Source: Candidatus Hydrogenedentota bacterium
GTDB taxonomy: Bacteria > Hydrogenedentota > Hydrogenedentia > Hydrogenedentales > SLHB01
DNA: 64,000 nt
Direction of reading: 5' to 3'
Assembly (NCBI GenBank): GCA_045863295.1
Contig: BTWA01000010.1
Span: 122,716 to 186,715, forward strand
A model generated the notes under the pieces. The model was given only the letters and a program-made list of their open reading frames with translations, was not told the DNA's origin and did no database searches. Position numbers and translations under genes: made by a program. Shown here in pieces: positions 16,786-27,373 of this stretch (positions within the stretch are counted from its first letter, which is position 1; each line of letters starts with the position of its first letter).

Positions 16786-18291
16786 TTAGCAAACTTGGTA
16801 TTCGGCGCAACTGAGCAACAACCGCAGTGCTGCCTGCAATTCAGGCGCCCCAACGGCATCTCGCGTGAGTGGCGTTTCCTCCGATTCGGCGCCGAGCGCC
16901 TTGAGCAGCACCCCGCGTTGATCGGGGGAAATCGGCACAGACAAAAAGCGGTCAACCAGGAAATCCACGCAACCGCCTGCCGTCGTGAATTGCGCACCTG
17001 CCAGCGTCATCGCTGGGGTCCACTTTGCGGGTGCGGCATTTTTCTCCGGTTTCATGGCCATTTCCGATGTCATCGCAGGATCCGACATCATGGCTTTGGG
17101 TCTTTGATTCGGGTTCGCGTTCGCGAGTTGCACCGGCAGGTTGTAGCGGATGAGCAGCCAGTTTGCATTGATCCACGCGCGATTGCCGTCCCACCCTTTC
17201 ACGTTGGGCGGGAAGAACAGGTCCTGTCCGAGTTCGCGGCCCATGCGCGCCATTACTGGATAGGGCGGATTTGCGACACCGAGGTCGGCGCACATTTGAA
17301 CGAGCACTTGCGCCGGACTCTTGATTTGGCGCGCCATCGCGCGCTCACCGTAGAACGCGTTGGATAAGAACATCTGTGTCAATACCGGACGCAATTCATA
17401 GTTTGAGGCGCGCATTGTGTCCGCCAGGCCTTTGACCAATTCGGGTTCGGGATCTTCGTAGGCGAAAAAGGACCACAGTTTTCGGGACATGAATTCCGCG
17501 GTCGCGGGCTGATCGAAAATGATGTCAATTACATTCCAACCGTCGAAATCCCCGGTGCGGCCCAAAAAGGTTTTTTCGCCGAAATCGTGGGTGTTTTCCT
17601 TGTACACGAATTTGTATTTGTCCGCGGTCCAGCCGGTAAACGCGCGCGCTGAATTCTTGATGTCGCTTTCGGTATAGGTGCCGATGCCCATGGTGAATAA
17701 TTCCATGAGTTCGCGGGCCCAGTTCTCGTTCGGCTTCTGCTTGGTGCTGCGCCGGTTGTCGAGATAGGTGAGCATGGACGGCGACTGGCCGACTTTAATG
17801 GTCAGGGCTTTGAGGTTTCCGGCGGCGTGTTCGCGAAAGGTCTGATTCAAATCAAACGTGTGCCAGGACGATTTCACTTTTTGCGCCGAGGTGGCGAAAT
17901 GGCCGTGCCAGAAAAGGGTGAGTTTTTCCTGGAGCGGCCGATTCGAGACGAACATCCTCGACAACCACCACGCTTTGAGCTGCTGAATCGCTTCCCGCTC
18001 CGCCCGCTGATACTCGTTGTATAACTTCCGGATCTCGTCTTCGCTTGCCCCGGGATTTTCGGTGTTGAATTCCTTGCGTCCCTTGATCTCCACCAGAAAG
18101 GGCGGGGGCGCGATTTTTTCCTCGTACTTATCGAAAGAAACGAATTCGTCCACGGCCTGGTCCGGCGACAGGGCGATGAGTTTGTCGAGGCGGGCGGTGT
18201 CCAATCCGAATCCGGCACGGTTCAAAAGGTGCCTGGCTTTCTGGCGGTCCCATGCCGTTGTTGCAATTGGATCCAGAAGCGGTGTAGACAT
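16786..18291 (-). CDS. DUF1800 family protein
   Basis: HLLNRAGFG, LQEKLTLFWHGHF, PNENWARELMELFTMG and PPNVKGW. GGAG SD before ATG 18291. Confidence 0.9.
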   Translation of the reverse strand: MSTPLLDPIATTAWDRQKARHLLNRAGFGLDTARLDKLIALSPDQAVDEFVSFDKYEEKIAPPPFLVEIKGRKEFNTENPGASEDEIRKLYNEYQRAEREAIQQLKAWWLSRMFVSNRPLQEKLTLFWHGHFATSAQKVKSSWHTFDLNQTFREHAAGNLKALTIKVGQSPSMLTYLDNRRSTKQKPNENWARELMELFTMGIGTYTESDIKNSARAFTGWTADKYKFVYKENTHDFGEKTFLGRTGDFDGWNVIDIIFDQPATAEFMSRKLWSFFAYEDPEPELVKGLADTMRASNYELRPVLTQMFLSNAFYGERAMARQIKSPAQVLVQMCADLGVANPPYPVMARMGRELGQDLFFPPNVKGWDGNRAWINANWLLIRYNLPVQLANANPNQRPKAMMSDPAMTSEMAMKPEKNAAPAKWTPAMTLAGAQFTTAGGCVDFLVDRFLSVPISPDQRGVLLKALGAESEETPLTRDAVGAPELQAALRLLLSCAEYQVC

Positions 18292-18415
18292 GATTTTCTC
18301 TCCCGTACGGCAGAATTCCCGACGACCGGCTACAGCACTAAGGTACCCGATACAACACCGTTTGGCCAAGCGGGTTCCGCACAGAATTCGCAGTATTCTC
18401 TGGTCCGGGTCTCGG

Positions 18416-19366
18416 CTAGGTCCGGTTCGAGTTGCGGCGTTTTACCGCCTTCAATGCCAACCCCTGCGCGTTGATAAGGATATCCTTTTCAATGGCTGCC
18501 TTTTCATGCGGCGTTAAATCAACGCCGCACCAGACCGCCAGTTCATACATCGCTTCACGCACCCAGTCTTCGCATAGACCCCGCAGGGCCTCGTCAGGGT
18601 GGCTGGATTGCGCGGCTTTCTGACAAACGGCTTCCATGTCGCCGATGGAACGGAGCAAGACTTCTTGAGCCGCGGGCGGATCGGAAACGGAGCCGTAATG
18701 TGTCACGCCGATTCGTTCCGGCTGATAGGACATGATGGCGTTTACGCTGGCCGTGGCCGCTTCGGCGTCGAAATCCGTGGGTGGTGATGATGCCATAATG
18801 AACGGCCTTGTGCCGCGCTGAAGCCAGGGATAGTGAAGTCCAAAGACATCGCCGGTGAATGCGGTTCGCGATGCGGAATCGAACACGGAGAGATGATGTC
18901 GCGCGTGGCCCGGGGTGTCGAGAAACGTGAGCGTGCGGCCGCCCAGCGCGATGGTTTCTCCATGGCGGACGACCCGCACCCGATGGCTGTCTATGGGTTC
19001 GATTATGCCGTAGAGTTGGGTGAACACGGGTTCGCCGTATACAAGCCGCGACGATTGCACCAATCGTGCGGGGTTGATGAGGTGCCTTTCCGCCAAGGCA
19101 TGACACAGTACCTGTGCGTTTGGGCACTCGCGCAGCAAGGCCGAAGTTCCACCGGCATGATCGAGGTGAACGTGCGTAACGATCAGATACTGCACATGCC
19201 CCGGGGTCAAACCTGCTTTCTCCAGGGATTGAAGAAGGATAGGCACCGCGCGTGCCGTGTTGTTATCGACGAACGCGGCGGCGTTATCTTCCAGCACTAG
19301 AAATGCGGCCGCCATTTCCGGGCCGCCGTATTCGCAATCAATGGTGATGACGGACAATTCATGCAT
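18416..19366 (-). CDS. MBL-fold metallo-hydrolase
   Basis: THVHLDHAGG, TPGHARHH, FTGD and TH(Y)G. Confidence 0.9.
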   Translation of the reverse strand: MHELSVITIDCEYGGPEMAAAFLVLEDNAAAFVDNNTARAVPILLQSLEKAGLTPGHVQYLIVTHVHLDHAGGTSALLRECPNAQVLCHALAERHLINPARLVQSSRLVYGEPVFTQLYGIIEPIDSHRVRVVRHGETIALGGRTLTFLDTPGHARHHLSVFDSASRTAFTGDVFGLHYPWLQRGTRPFIMASSPPTDFDAEAATASVNAIMSYQPERIGVTHYGSVSDPPAAQEVLLRSIGDMEAVCQKAAQSSHPDEALRGLCEDWVREAMYELAVWCGVDLTPHEKAAIEKDILINAQGLALKAVKRRNSNRT

Positions 19367-19435
19367 GATCCAAGACCTCGGTGACTGCAACGCGCCATGG
19401 TACTGATTCTGCATGGACCGGGCAACGAGCCCGTA

Positions 19436-19592
19436 GTAGACGCGACATCCTGTCGCGTTCGTGGAGCCGCGTGCGCTGAGCTATCGCTTTGGAAATTCAG
19501 TGAATGCGGAAAGGCGTCTGCGATCCGGAGAGAGCGAGGAGGCCTGTTCCCCTTTTGACAGTGGAGCGGAACCGACGGGATTTCGCGTTTGC
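19436..19592. repeat. REPIN-like doublet: intact GTAG-type REP (19436-19458, +) and degenerate inverted copy (19571-19592, -)
   Basis: GTAG-ACGCGACA-TCC-TGTCGCGT. Partner on - reads GCAAACGCGAAATCCCGTCGGT. Spacer is 112 nt. Confidence 0.7.
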
Positions 19593-19660
19593 TTCTTATT
19601 GACCGCGTGTTTGAGCGTGCCCTACCATGTCGTCGGGCGATGCGGAAGGAGGGTTCATAC

Positions 19661-21631
19661 ATGCTGCGTTGGGCAATCGGATTGTGTCTGGCGGTGACGG
19701 CAGCCGCGCAGGAGGATTTGCAGGTCATTCAGGCGGACCACAGTCCCGCGGCGGCCGAAATGGTGCGCGCATACCTTCTGGGTCACGTGGATGAATCTTT
19801 GTTGCAACGGCGGGCGGCCCTGGAAGAGATGCAGACGGCCGAGGCCATACAGGCGCATCAGGATCGCATGCGCGCATTTTTTCTTGAGCAGATTGGCGGA
19901 CCGGCTCCAGTTACGCCTTTAAACGCGCAAATCGTGGGCGGCGAAACCCGCGAACAGTTTCGCTACGAGAAGATTATTTTTGAGAGTTTTCCCAATCATC
20001 GAGTGACAGCGACGCTCTATCTTCCCCTGACTCCGGGGCCGCACCCGGTCATGTTGATTCCGTGCGGTCACGATGCCAACGGCAAGGCGGCGGAGGCGTA
20101 TCAGCGGGTGGCCCTATTCCTGAACCGGAGCGGCATTGCGGCGTTTTGCTACGACCCGATCGGGCAGGGCGAGCGGTATCAGATACTGGACGAATCGGGG
20201 AAACCACGATTTGGATCGACGGTGGAACATATCCATGTTGGCGTGGGCAGCATTCTGGCCGGGCGGGGTACGGCCTCGTATCGCATTTGGGACGGCATGC
20301 GCGCGATTGATTATCTGACCAGCCGCGCGGACATTGACGCGAAGCGCATTGGCTGTGCGGGGCATTCTGGCGGGGGGACATTGACTACTTATCTGATGGC
20401 GTTGGACGATCGCGTTGCGGTTGCCGCTCCGAACTGCTACATCACGTCGCCGGAACGGCATCTCCATATTCAGGGTCCCCACGATGCGGAGCAGAATATA
20501 TTTGGATCGATCAAAGAAGGCATGACCTATGCGGATTACATCATCATGCGAGCGCCGAAGCCGACGCTGATTACCTGCGCGACGAAGGACTTCTTCGACA
20601 TCGAAGGCACTTGGGACACCTACCGGCAGGCTAAGCGCGTGTACAGTTATCTGGGTTATCCTGAGCGAATGGACATCAACGAATGGAATGACGGACATGG
20701 CTGGCACGAACCGCTTCGAACAAGCACAGTACGTTTCATGCGGCGCTGGCTTATCGATCAAATCGAGCCGGTGTGGGAAGAACCGGTTACCCTGTTGACC
20801 GACGCGGAATTGCAGTGTACGCCAGAGGGGCAGGTCATGCTTGCCCCGGGCGAGCAATCGGTGGTGGATATTAACGCCGCATACGAGGTGGAGTTGGCTG
20901 CAAAGCGCGACGAGCAGTGGGCGGAGTGGGACACGGCCAAGCGGGCCAAGGAAGTGCGCCGTGTAGCGGCAATACGGGAGTTGACGGAATTACCTGAACC
21001 CACCTACGAGAAGAGGGACACTATCCAGCGGGACGGGTACTCGATTGAAAAAGGCATCATCCAGAGCGAACCCGGAATCTATTTGCCTTGCTTGACGTTC
21101 CGTCCGGCTGCCGCGACCACGAAGGCCGTACTCTATGCACATGGCAACGGGAAAGCCGCGGACGCTTCGCCCGGCGGCCCCATTGAAGCGCTTGTGCGCG
21201 CGGGGCACGTGGTGGTCGGGCCGGATTTGCGTGGGCTTGGCGAGACCAAGGGGACCTGCGCGTTGGCGAGCGGGTACGGCGATTGGTTTGGGTCGGAGTG
21301 GCAGGATATTTATCTGGCGTATTTGTTGGGGCGTTCTTACGTGGGCATGCGCGCGGAGGATATTCTACAGTGTGCGCGCGTGCTGCCTGCGATACTGGGG
21401 AGCGCACCAACGGAAGTGCACTTGCATGCCATTGGCGAGGCCGGTATTCCCGGGCTGCACGCGGCCGCGCTGGCTGAACCCGGGTTTGCATCGGTGACCG
21501 AAAGTGGCGTCGTGGATTGGCAGGAGACCGTCCGCACGGCGGTTACGCAAGGTCAGTTTGTGAATGCCGTGCACGGCGCGCTTGCGGTATACGATCTCGG
21601 TAAACTTCGCGGCATGGCCGCGCAGAAATAG
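19661..21631 (+). CDS. Secreted double alpha/beta-hydrolase (acetylxylan esterase-like)
   Basis: Signal peptide, PCGH, nucleophile elbow GHSGGG, DFF and HGW. The second a/b domain has no elbow Ser. Confidence 0.82.
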   Translation: MLRWAIGLCLAVTAAAQEDLQVIQADHSPAAAEMVRAYLLGHVDESLLQRRAALEEMQTAEAIQAHQDRMRAFFLEQIGGPAPVTPLNAQIVGGETREQFRYEKIIFESFPNHRVTATLYLPLTPGPHPVMLIPCGHDANGKAAEAYQRVALFLNRSGIAAFCYDPIGQGERYQILDESGKPRFGSTVEHIHVGVGSILAGRGTASYRIWDGMRAIDYLTSRADIDAKRIGCAGHSGGGTLTTYLMALDDRVAVAAPNCYITSPERHLHIQGPHDAEQNIFGSIKEGMTYADYIIMRAPKPTLITCATKDFFDIEGTWDTYRQAKRVYSYLGYPERMDINEWNDGHGWHEPLRTSTVRFMRRWLIDQIEPVWEEPVTLLTDAELQCTPEGQVMLAPGEQSVVDINAAYEVELAAKRDEQWAEWDTAKRAKEVRRVAAIRELTELPEPTYEKRDTIQRDGYSIEKGIIQSEPGIYLPCLTFRPAAATTKAVLYAHGNGKAADASPGGPIEALVRAGHVVVGPDLRGLGETKGTCALASGYGDWFGSEWQDIYLAYLLGRSYVGMRAEDILQCARVLPAILGSAPTEVHLHAIGEAGIPGLHAAALAEPGFASVTESGVVDWQETVRTAVTQGQFVNAVHGALAVYDLGKLRGMAAQK

Positions 21632-21655
21632 GTGCGGAAGTTCCAGCGCTTCTCT

Positions 21656-23842
21656 TCAGGTTTCGTTAAACACCGTGTTGAGCATCTGGCCTTCCAGATC
21701 GGCCGGGGGGACTTCGCCTTCGAGCATCTCTTCTTCGGTTTCTTCCGAGGGCGGTGGCGGTGGCGGGTACGTGCCCGTGATGAATGCTTCGCGTATCGTG
21801 CCGGCGTAGGCGGGGTATCGGCTGACCCGCTTCAATAGATCGACCTCATGAAACTCGACCCCCTTGGGCACGTCAAAATCCTTTTCCGGCATGCCTTGGT
21901 GAGCCACGGCCATAAATTCGCCCCAGATGGGGGCGGCCATTCGTCCGCCGGTGTAGTCCGCGCCTGAGCCGAGGGGTTTGTTGCTTCGATAGCCGATCCA
22001 TACGACGCATGTGAATTGGGGCGTGAACCCGCAGAACCAGACGTCGCGTGCGTCGTTGGTTGTGCCGGTCTTTCCCGCACGGGGGCGTTTAAAGTAGGTT
22101 CCCGTGCGCGCGCCGGTGCCGCGCGTGGCTACACCTTCCAACATGTATGTAAGCACGAACGACACATTGGGCGGAATAACATCCGGTGTGAGTTCGGGGG
22201 ACTTTTCGTAGATGGGAAACCCATCGCGATCGATGATGCGCGTAACAAAGATAGGCTCCGAAAAGGTGCCGTTCTTTGCCAGCGTAGAGTAGGAAACTGC
22301 TTGATCCATCACCGTCATGCCGGACGAACCCAGGGCGAGGCTCAGGCCGGCGTTGGTGTCCACGGGGGTACGTACGCCAATTTTTTCCATATACGAGCGC
22401 ACGCTGGGTATGCCCACATCGGAGAGCAATTGTACGGCGACGGTGTTAATCGACTGCTCAAGCGCGTATCGTAAGGTGACCGGGCCGACAAAGGTGCCGT
22501 CGAAATTGCCCGGCGCATAGCCGTTGATATTGATTGCGTAATCGCTTTTATAATTGGCGGGAGTTGCGCCATCGGCGATGGCGGCGAGCCACACGTAGGG
22601 TTTGAAGCTGGAACCGGGCTGGCGCACGGCCTGCGTAACTGTGTTGTACTTTTCCGTGGCGAAGTCGCGACCACCCACGAGGGCGCGCACATATCCCTCG
22701 TAGCCTTTGCGGTTGTCAATGCAGATAAGCGCACCGGCCACCGGCTCGAATTCGTCCTGCTTGTTTTGTTTGGTCAGCCTCGCCATCTTCTTTTCGTCAA
22801 ATTCAGACAGTGCCTTTTCCATGATTTCTTCGGCGGCGCGCTGCAGGCGCATGTCGAGGGTCGTGCGGACTTCTAAACCCTGTTCGATCAGGTCGGTTTT
22901 GGTAATGATGCCTTGCTGCGCGAGCATTTGCCTCGCTTCTTCCACGAAGTACGGGGCTTTGAACTGATTCGGCCCCCAGTAGCCGTCGCCTTCCCGCATC
23001 ATTGCCTCGCGGCTGTCCGGTTTCACCAGCGAATCCAAGACACTCGATGCCACGGCTTCATCGTGCTGCTGCTGCGTAATGAATCCGTTGGTCAGCATTT
23101 GTTGCAGCACGATGTTGCGCCGTTGTCCGGCGTTTTCCGGGTGCCGGTCCGGCCGGTTTTGGTTTGGCGATCGGGTCAGCCCCGCGAGCGTAGCGGCTTC
23201 GGCCAGCGTGACGTCGCGGCATGATTTGCCGAAGTATTGATAGGATGCGGCTTCCACGCCATACGCACTGCCGCCGAGGAAAATCATGTTGAGGTAGAGC
23301 TCAAGTATTTCGTCTTTGGTGTATTCCCGTTCTAATTGAAGGGCGACAATAATTTCTTTTGCCTTGCGCGAGGGAGTGCGTTCGGTGGACACACCCGTCA
23401 CTTCTTCGACGCCGCGCACAAGCTGCATGGTGATGGTGCTGGCGCCGCGCATCCGGCTTTTCTGCAGGTAATCGAGAAAGGCCTTGAACATGGATTCCGG
23501 GCGGACGCCTTTATGTTCGAAAAACCGGTCGTCTTCCGTGGCCACGAAGGCTTTTTGCACGTTCAGGGGGATTTCACCCAGTTTGACGAGGCGGCGAACT
23601 TCGATGCTGTATTCGCCCAACGGCTCGCCTTTGGAATCGTAAAACCGGCTGCCCTCTTTCGGGCGATAGGTGTCCAGGGTTGTGATCTGCGTCTGTGCGT
23701 CTTCCAATATGGACACAAACCCGCCGAGCACAGCACCCCATGCGCCGCCAAGGACCGCGATAAAGAAGAAAAAGACGATTCCGCAACCGCGTCCGGATCC
23801 GCGCAGGAATGGGTTATGCCAAGTTCCTTGTTTTTCGCTCAC
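21656..23842 (-). CDS. Class A penicillin-binding protein (PBP1A family)
   Basis: N-terminal TM, transglycosylase EDDRFFEH and GASTITMQL, transpeptidase SSFK, SIN and KTG. Pro/Glu-rich tail. Confidence 0.95.
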   Translation of the reverse strand: MSEKQGTWHNPFLRGSGRGCGIVFFFFIAVLGGAWGAVLGGFVSILEDAQTQITTLDTYRPKEGSRFYDSKGEPLGEYSIEVRRLVKLGEIPLNVQKAFVATEDDRFFEHKGVRPESMFKAFLDYLQKSRMRGASTITMQLVRGVEEVTGVSTERTPSRKAKEIIVALQLEREYTKDEILELYLNMIFLGGSAYGVEAASYQYFGKSCRDVTLAEAATLAGLTRSPNQNRPDRHPENAGQRRNIVLQQMLTNGFITQQQHDEAVASSVLDSLVKPDSREAMMREGDGYWGPNQFKAPYFVEEARQMLAQQGIITKTDLIEQGLEVRTTLDMRLQRAAEEIMEKALSEFDEKKMARLTKQNKQDEFEPVAGALICIDNRKGYEGYVRALVGGRDFATEKYNTVTQAVRQPGSSFKPYVWLAAIADGATPANYKSDYAININGYAPGNFDGTFVGPVTLRYALEQSINTVAVQLLSDVGIPSVRSYMEKIGVRTPVDTNAGLSLALGSSGMTVMDQAVSYSTLAKNGTFSEPIFVTRIIDRDGFPIYEKSPELTPDVIPPNVSFVLTYMLEGVATRGTGARTGTYFKRPRAGKTGTTNDARDVWFCGFTPQFTCVVWIGYRSNKPLGSGADYTGGRMAAPIWGEFMAVAHQGMPEKDFDVPKGVEFHEVDLLKRVSRYPAYAGTIREAFITGTYPPPPPPSEETEEEMLEGEVPPADLEGQMLNTVFNET

Positions 23843-24001
23843 GTGATTGAATCCGTTGGGTATGACACAGAGCCTGTGGTGCTTCGGGCAGGTTGAAATG
23901 CAGAATGTCTTGCCGCCCGTGGGATATTATATCCGGAAATGGCCCCACGGGTTCCAGAGCGTGTGTTTCGAAATCGTTTCCACGGAATAACCAGGATGAA
24001 A

Positions 24002-25459
24002 ATGGCCGAAATGCCTCCACGAAGCGAGTCCAGCCTATCGGTTTCCAATCGGGCCTTCACGATACTCATCTACTTCGCAATGATTGTCATGGGGGCTGGC
24101 CTCTTCTTCCTGATCCAAACCGGGGGGGAGCGCCTGGAAGCGCCCTTTCCGGCACCACCGGGCCGCGATCAGGCCGCTGCCGGGCACGACACCATCAACA
24201 CCCTCATGAATGTATTGCTTGCGTTGGCCGTGATCATCGTCACGGCCCGCTCGTTGGGTTTGCTTTTCCGGTGGATTCACCAGCCACCGGTTATTGGGGA
24301 GGTCATTGGCGGCATACTCCTGGGCCCGTCGTTTTTTGGGTATTTCGCACAGGATCTGCAATCCGTCGTGCTGCCTCTTTCCATCCAGCCGTTCCTGGGC
24401 GTGATAGCCCACCTTGGCGTGATTCTGTACATGTTTTTGGTCGGCATGGAAATGGATTTGAAGGTCATCGCGCGGAGCGGCCACACGACACTTGCGATCT
24501 CGCATGCAAGCATCCTTCTTCCGTTCCTGCTGGGCGCGGGGCTTTCTCTAGGAGTCTATCCGCTGACGGCCACCGAAAATGTGAGCTTCACCATCTTCGC
24601 GCTTTTCATGGGCGTGTCGCTGTCCGTGACGGCGTTTCCCGTGCTGGCGCGCATCCTCACCGATCGCAAGATGAATAAGACCCGGATTGGCGTGATTGCG
24701 CTGGCCTGTGCGGCGGTGGACGATGCCACTGCGTGGTGTCTGCTTGCGCTCGTGGTGAGCATTGCGCAGGCCGATATGACGAGCGCGGCATTCACGGCGG
24801 TCATGACGCTGGTCTATGTCGTATTCGTGCTGGTGTGCGTTGCGCCGCTGATGCGTCGCATTATTCCACTCTTGGAGCGGTCGCGCGAATTGACGCAATC
24901 CGGCATGGCCGTCATCTTCGTGGCGATGCTGCTGTCGGCCATGGCCACGGAATTTATCGGGATTCACGCGATATTTGGCGCATTCCTGCTGGGCGCGGTG
25001 ATTCCCGGACAAAGCCGCGTGGCGCATGAGTTGAAGCACCGGCTCGACGACGTGGTGGCGGTGCTCTTTCTGCCTGTCTTCTTTGCATTCACGGGGATGC
25101 GCACGCAGATCGGGCTTATTAGCGGCTGGGAAAATTGGGCATTGTGCGGCGTCATCATTCTGGTCGCGTGCGTCGGCAAGTTTGGCGGAACGTATGTAGC
25201 CGCACGGTTGGGCGGGCTGAACAATCGCGATGCTTCGGCCCTCGGCATACTCATGAACACGCGCGGGTTGGTTGAGTTGATCGTGCTGAACATCGGCCTT
25301 GATCTCGGCATCATTTCGCCGGCCCTTTTTGCCATGCTGGTGCTGATGGCGCTGGTCACGACGTTCATGACCACACCCATACTGCACATATTGCTCAGAA
25401 CCCATCCAAGGATGCCCGAGGATGCCGCGGACATCGACGGCGTGACGCCCGAGGGTTAA
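24002..25459 (+). CDS. Cation:proton antiporter (CPA2 family)
   Basis: QPPVIGEVIGGILLGPS, TAFPVLARIL, AAVDD and MNTRGLVEL. Start uncertain (23996-24011). Confidence 0.9.
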   Translation: MAEMPPRSESSLSVSNRAFTILIYFAMIVMGAGLFFLIQTGGERLEAPFPAPPGRDQAAAGHDTINTLMNVLLALAVIIVTARSLGLLFRWIHQPPVIGEVIGGILLGPSFFGYFAQDLQSVVLPLSIQPFLGVIAHLGVILYMFLVGMEMDLKVIARSGHTTLAISHASILLPFLLGAGLSLGVYPLTATENVSFTIFALFMGVSLSVTAFPVLARILTDRKMNKTRIGVIALACAAVDDATAWCLLALVVSIAQADMTSAAFTAVMTLVYVVFVLVCVAPLMRRIIPLLERSRELTQSGMAVIFVAMLLSAMATEFIGIHAIFGAFLLGAVIPGQSRVAHELKHRLDDVVAVLFLPVFFAFTGMRTQIGLISGWENWALCGVIILVACVGKFGGTYVAARLGGLNNRDASALGILMNTRGLVELIVLNIGLDLGIISPALFAMLVLMALVTTFMTTPILHILLRTHPRMPEDAADIDGVTPEG

Positions 25460-25860
25460 CTCTCGCGAGTTCGATCCGCGATCGGCGGTTCCGGTTTAGT
25501 GCGGCGCCCCCAGAAATAACAGAGCACGCTTTGGGCGAGCGCGCCGCCGGCGAAATTGGCCACGATGTCGCCGAGGTCAAACTCCCGATTGGGCACGAAT
25601 AGCTGGTGGATTTCGTCCACGGTGCCGTATGCGAGGGCGAAAAACATGGGGCCAAAACACAGCGCCCACTCGCTCCACCCCCTCCGTGATCGGCGCATGC
25701 CCAGAGATACCAGGGTGGCCAGGACGGCGTATTCGACCATGTGAATGACTTTGTCGAGTCCTTCGAGGGGCAATTCCGCGGGCGACAAATCGGGATTGGC
25801 CGAGGCTATCCATATGACGGTGCAATAGAGGGCCGTGGCGACGGCATAGTATGGATTCAC
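25456..25860 (-). CDS. VanZ family membrane protein
   Basis: DKVIHMVEY and DEIHQLFVPNR...DIVAN. Confidence 0.88.
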   Translation of the reverse strand: MNPYYAVATALYCTVIWIASANPDLSPAELPLEGLDKVIHMVEYAVLATLVSLGMRRSRRGWSEWALCFGPMFFALAYGTVDEIHQLFVPNREFDLGDIVANFAGGALAQSVLCYFWGRRTKPEPPIADRTRES

Positions 25861-25867
25861 GCGGCGG

Positions 25868-27325
25868 TTACCTGATGATTTCGCTGTTGATGCGGACCGT
25901 TGCGCCTAGTTCGTCCACGGTAAACCAATGGCGCCACCCTGCCACCGCGATGCCGTTGCACACGTACATGTCCACAGGAATATTGTTTGGCATGACGCCG
26001 GGAACGCCGACCATCCACTTGCGGATGTTGGATACGTAAACGCGGTTAATGGCGGCGGTGTCGCGGCGAAGGCTGCCGTCGGGCGCCATGATGTACATAA
26101 ACGTCGTTCCCCCTCCGCCGGACAACATATCCGCGAACAGCAAGTATGAATCCATGGCTTCGCGTTGTTCGATTTCGAAGAGTTCCCCTGCCATGGCAAA
26201 GGTGCGCACAGAATCCATTATCCAGAGGTAGCCAATAGCCGGAAGAAACGACTCCGGGTTTTGGTGATAGGTGGCCGGAGCGATCATATCGTAACGGCGC
26301 AGGTAGCGCTCCTTTTGCCGTCCCGCGCGGTAGAGAATGATATTTCTCCGGAGCACCAATTCGGGGCGGCGGGCAAATTGGACCACTTGGATGGCGGTGA
26401 AGATACGTTGTGCCGCCGACACGGCGAATTCCGGGGCATTGGCCAGTCCCAGCCGCTCGTAAAACTCAAGCGGGTTGACCCGCACGCTCAAGGGGGTGGG
26501 GTCGATGAAGATGGTCTGGAAGGGCGTGACCAGTTGGCCCAGGTTGATCCGGGCGGTACCTGTCACCACGAATGCGCCGATGTTGTGCAGTTCTTTTGGA
26601 ATCGCGCCGGTAATCTGGTTGAGGATGGCGATTTGCTGCGCGTTGAGGACGCCGGGGTCGAACAGGAATATGCCGTGGGTTTCCCAGAAGGCGCGGAATG
26701 CGCCCTGTAGTCCCATGATTCTGGAAACCAGCAGGATGTTTGACGTAGAGGGCACGGCATATGCGCGCATGGTGAGCCCGAACTGCATGTACGCATGAAG
26801 CGATTTTGAATCGTTCTGCAGGCCCAACGAGGCGGCGCCGTATTCTCCCAGGGTCTCCGCAACGTATTTCAGGACCTTTGTACGACCGTCCACCCCCAAT
26901 CCGTCCGCCAGCGAGTGCAGCAAGTCCAAGCCTCGTCCGAAAGTGGCTTCCGATCCCTTGGGTTCTTTTTCGGAAGGCAATCCCTTCTTGAAGGCATGTG
27001 CCGCGAACATCCCTGCGACGAGCGCGGCACGCCGTTGGGCATCTCCTTGTGTATTCTGAATCGCCACGCCCCATAAAGCCACGTGCGCCGGGGAGCAACT
27101 CCCGGTGTCAAAATGCGTCTTGACCAGGCTGTACCAGTCCGACTCAGTGATGGTGGAATCCGCGAGCGCCTTGACGATTTCCGCGGCGGCGGCCTTATTT
27201 TCGCCGTCATTCAGCGTGAGAAAGGCTGCAAGCACCTTTTCCTTCACGTCCGCGGGCGGTTGTGCCGCGGCGAACTGCGCCGAGACAAAGGCCATTGCGG
27301 CCAGAGCCAGAAGATTTCGTATCAT
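25868..27325 (-). CDS. Secreted hypothetical protein (about 485 aa)
   Basis: GAGG SD, Sec signal MIRNLLALAAMAFVSAQFAAA, protein-like composition, no recognised family. Confidence 0.75.
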   Translation of the reverse strand: MIRNLLALAAMAFVSAQFAAAQPPADVKEKVLAAFLTLNDGENKAAAAEIVKALADSTITESDWYSLVKTHFDTGSCSPAHVALWGVAIQNTQGDAQRRAALVAGMFAAHAFKKGLPSEKEPKGSEATFGRGLDLLHSLADGLGVDGRTKVLKYVAETLGEYGAASLGLQNDSKSLHAYMQFGLTMRAYAVPSTSNILLVSRIMGLQGAFRAFWETHGIFLFDPGVLNAQQIAILNQITGAIPKELHNIGAFVVTGTARINLGQLVTPFQTIFIDPTPLSVRVNPLEFYERLGLANAPEFAVSAAQRIFTAIQVVQFARRPELVLRRNIILYRAGRQKERYLRRYDMIAPATYHQNPESFLPAIGYLWIMDSVRTFAMAGELFEIEQREAMDSYLLFADMLSGGGGTTFMYIMAPDGSLRRDTAAINRVYVSNIRKWMVGVPGVMPNNIPVDMYVCNGIAVAGWRHWFTVDELGATVRINSEIIR

Positions 27326-27373
27326 GCCGGTCATCCTCGCATCCCCAACGGATATTATGGCTGGAGATTGTGA

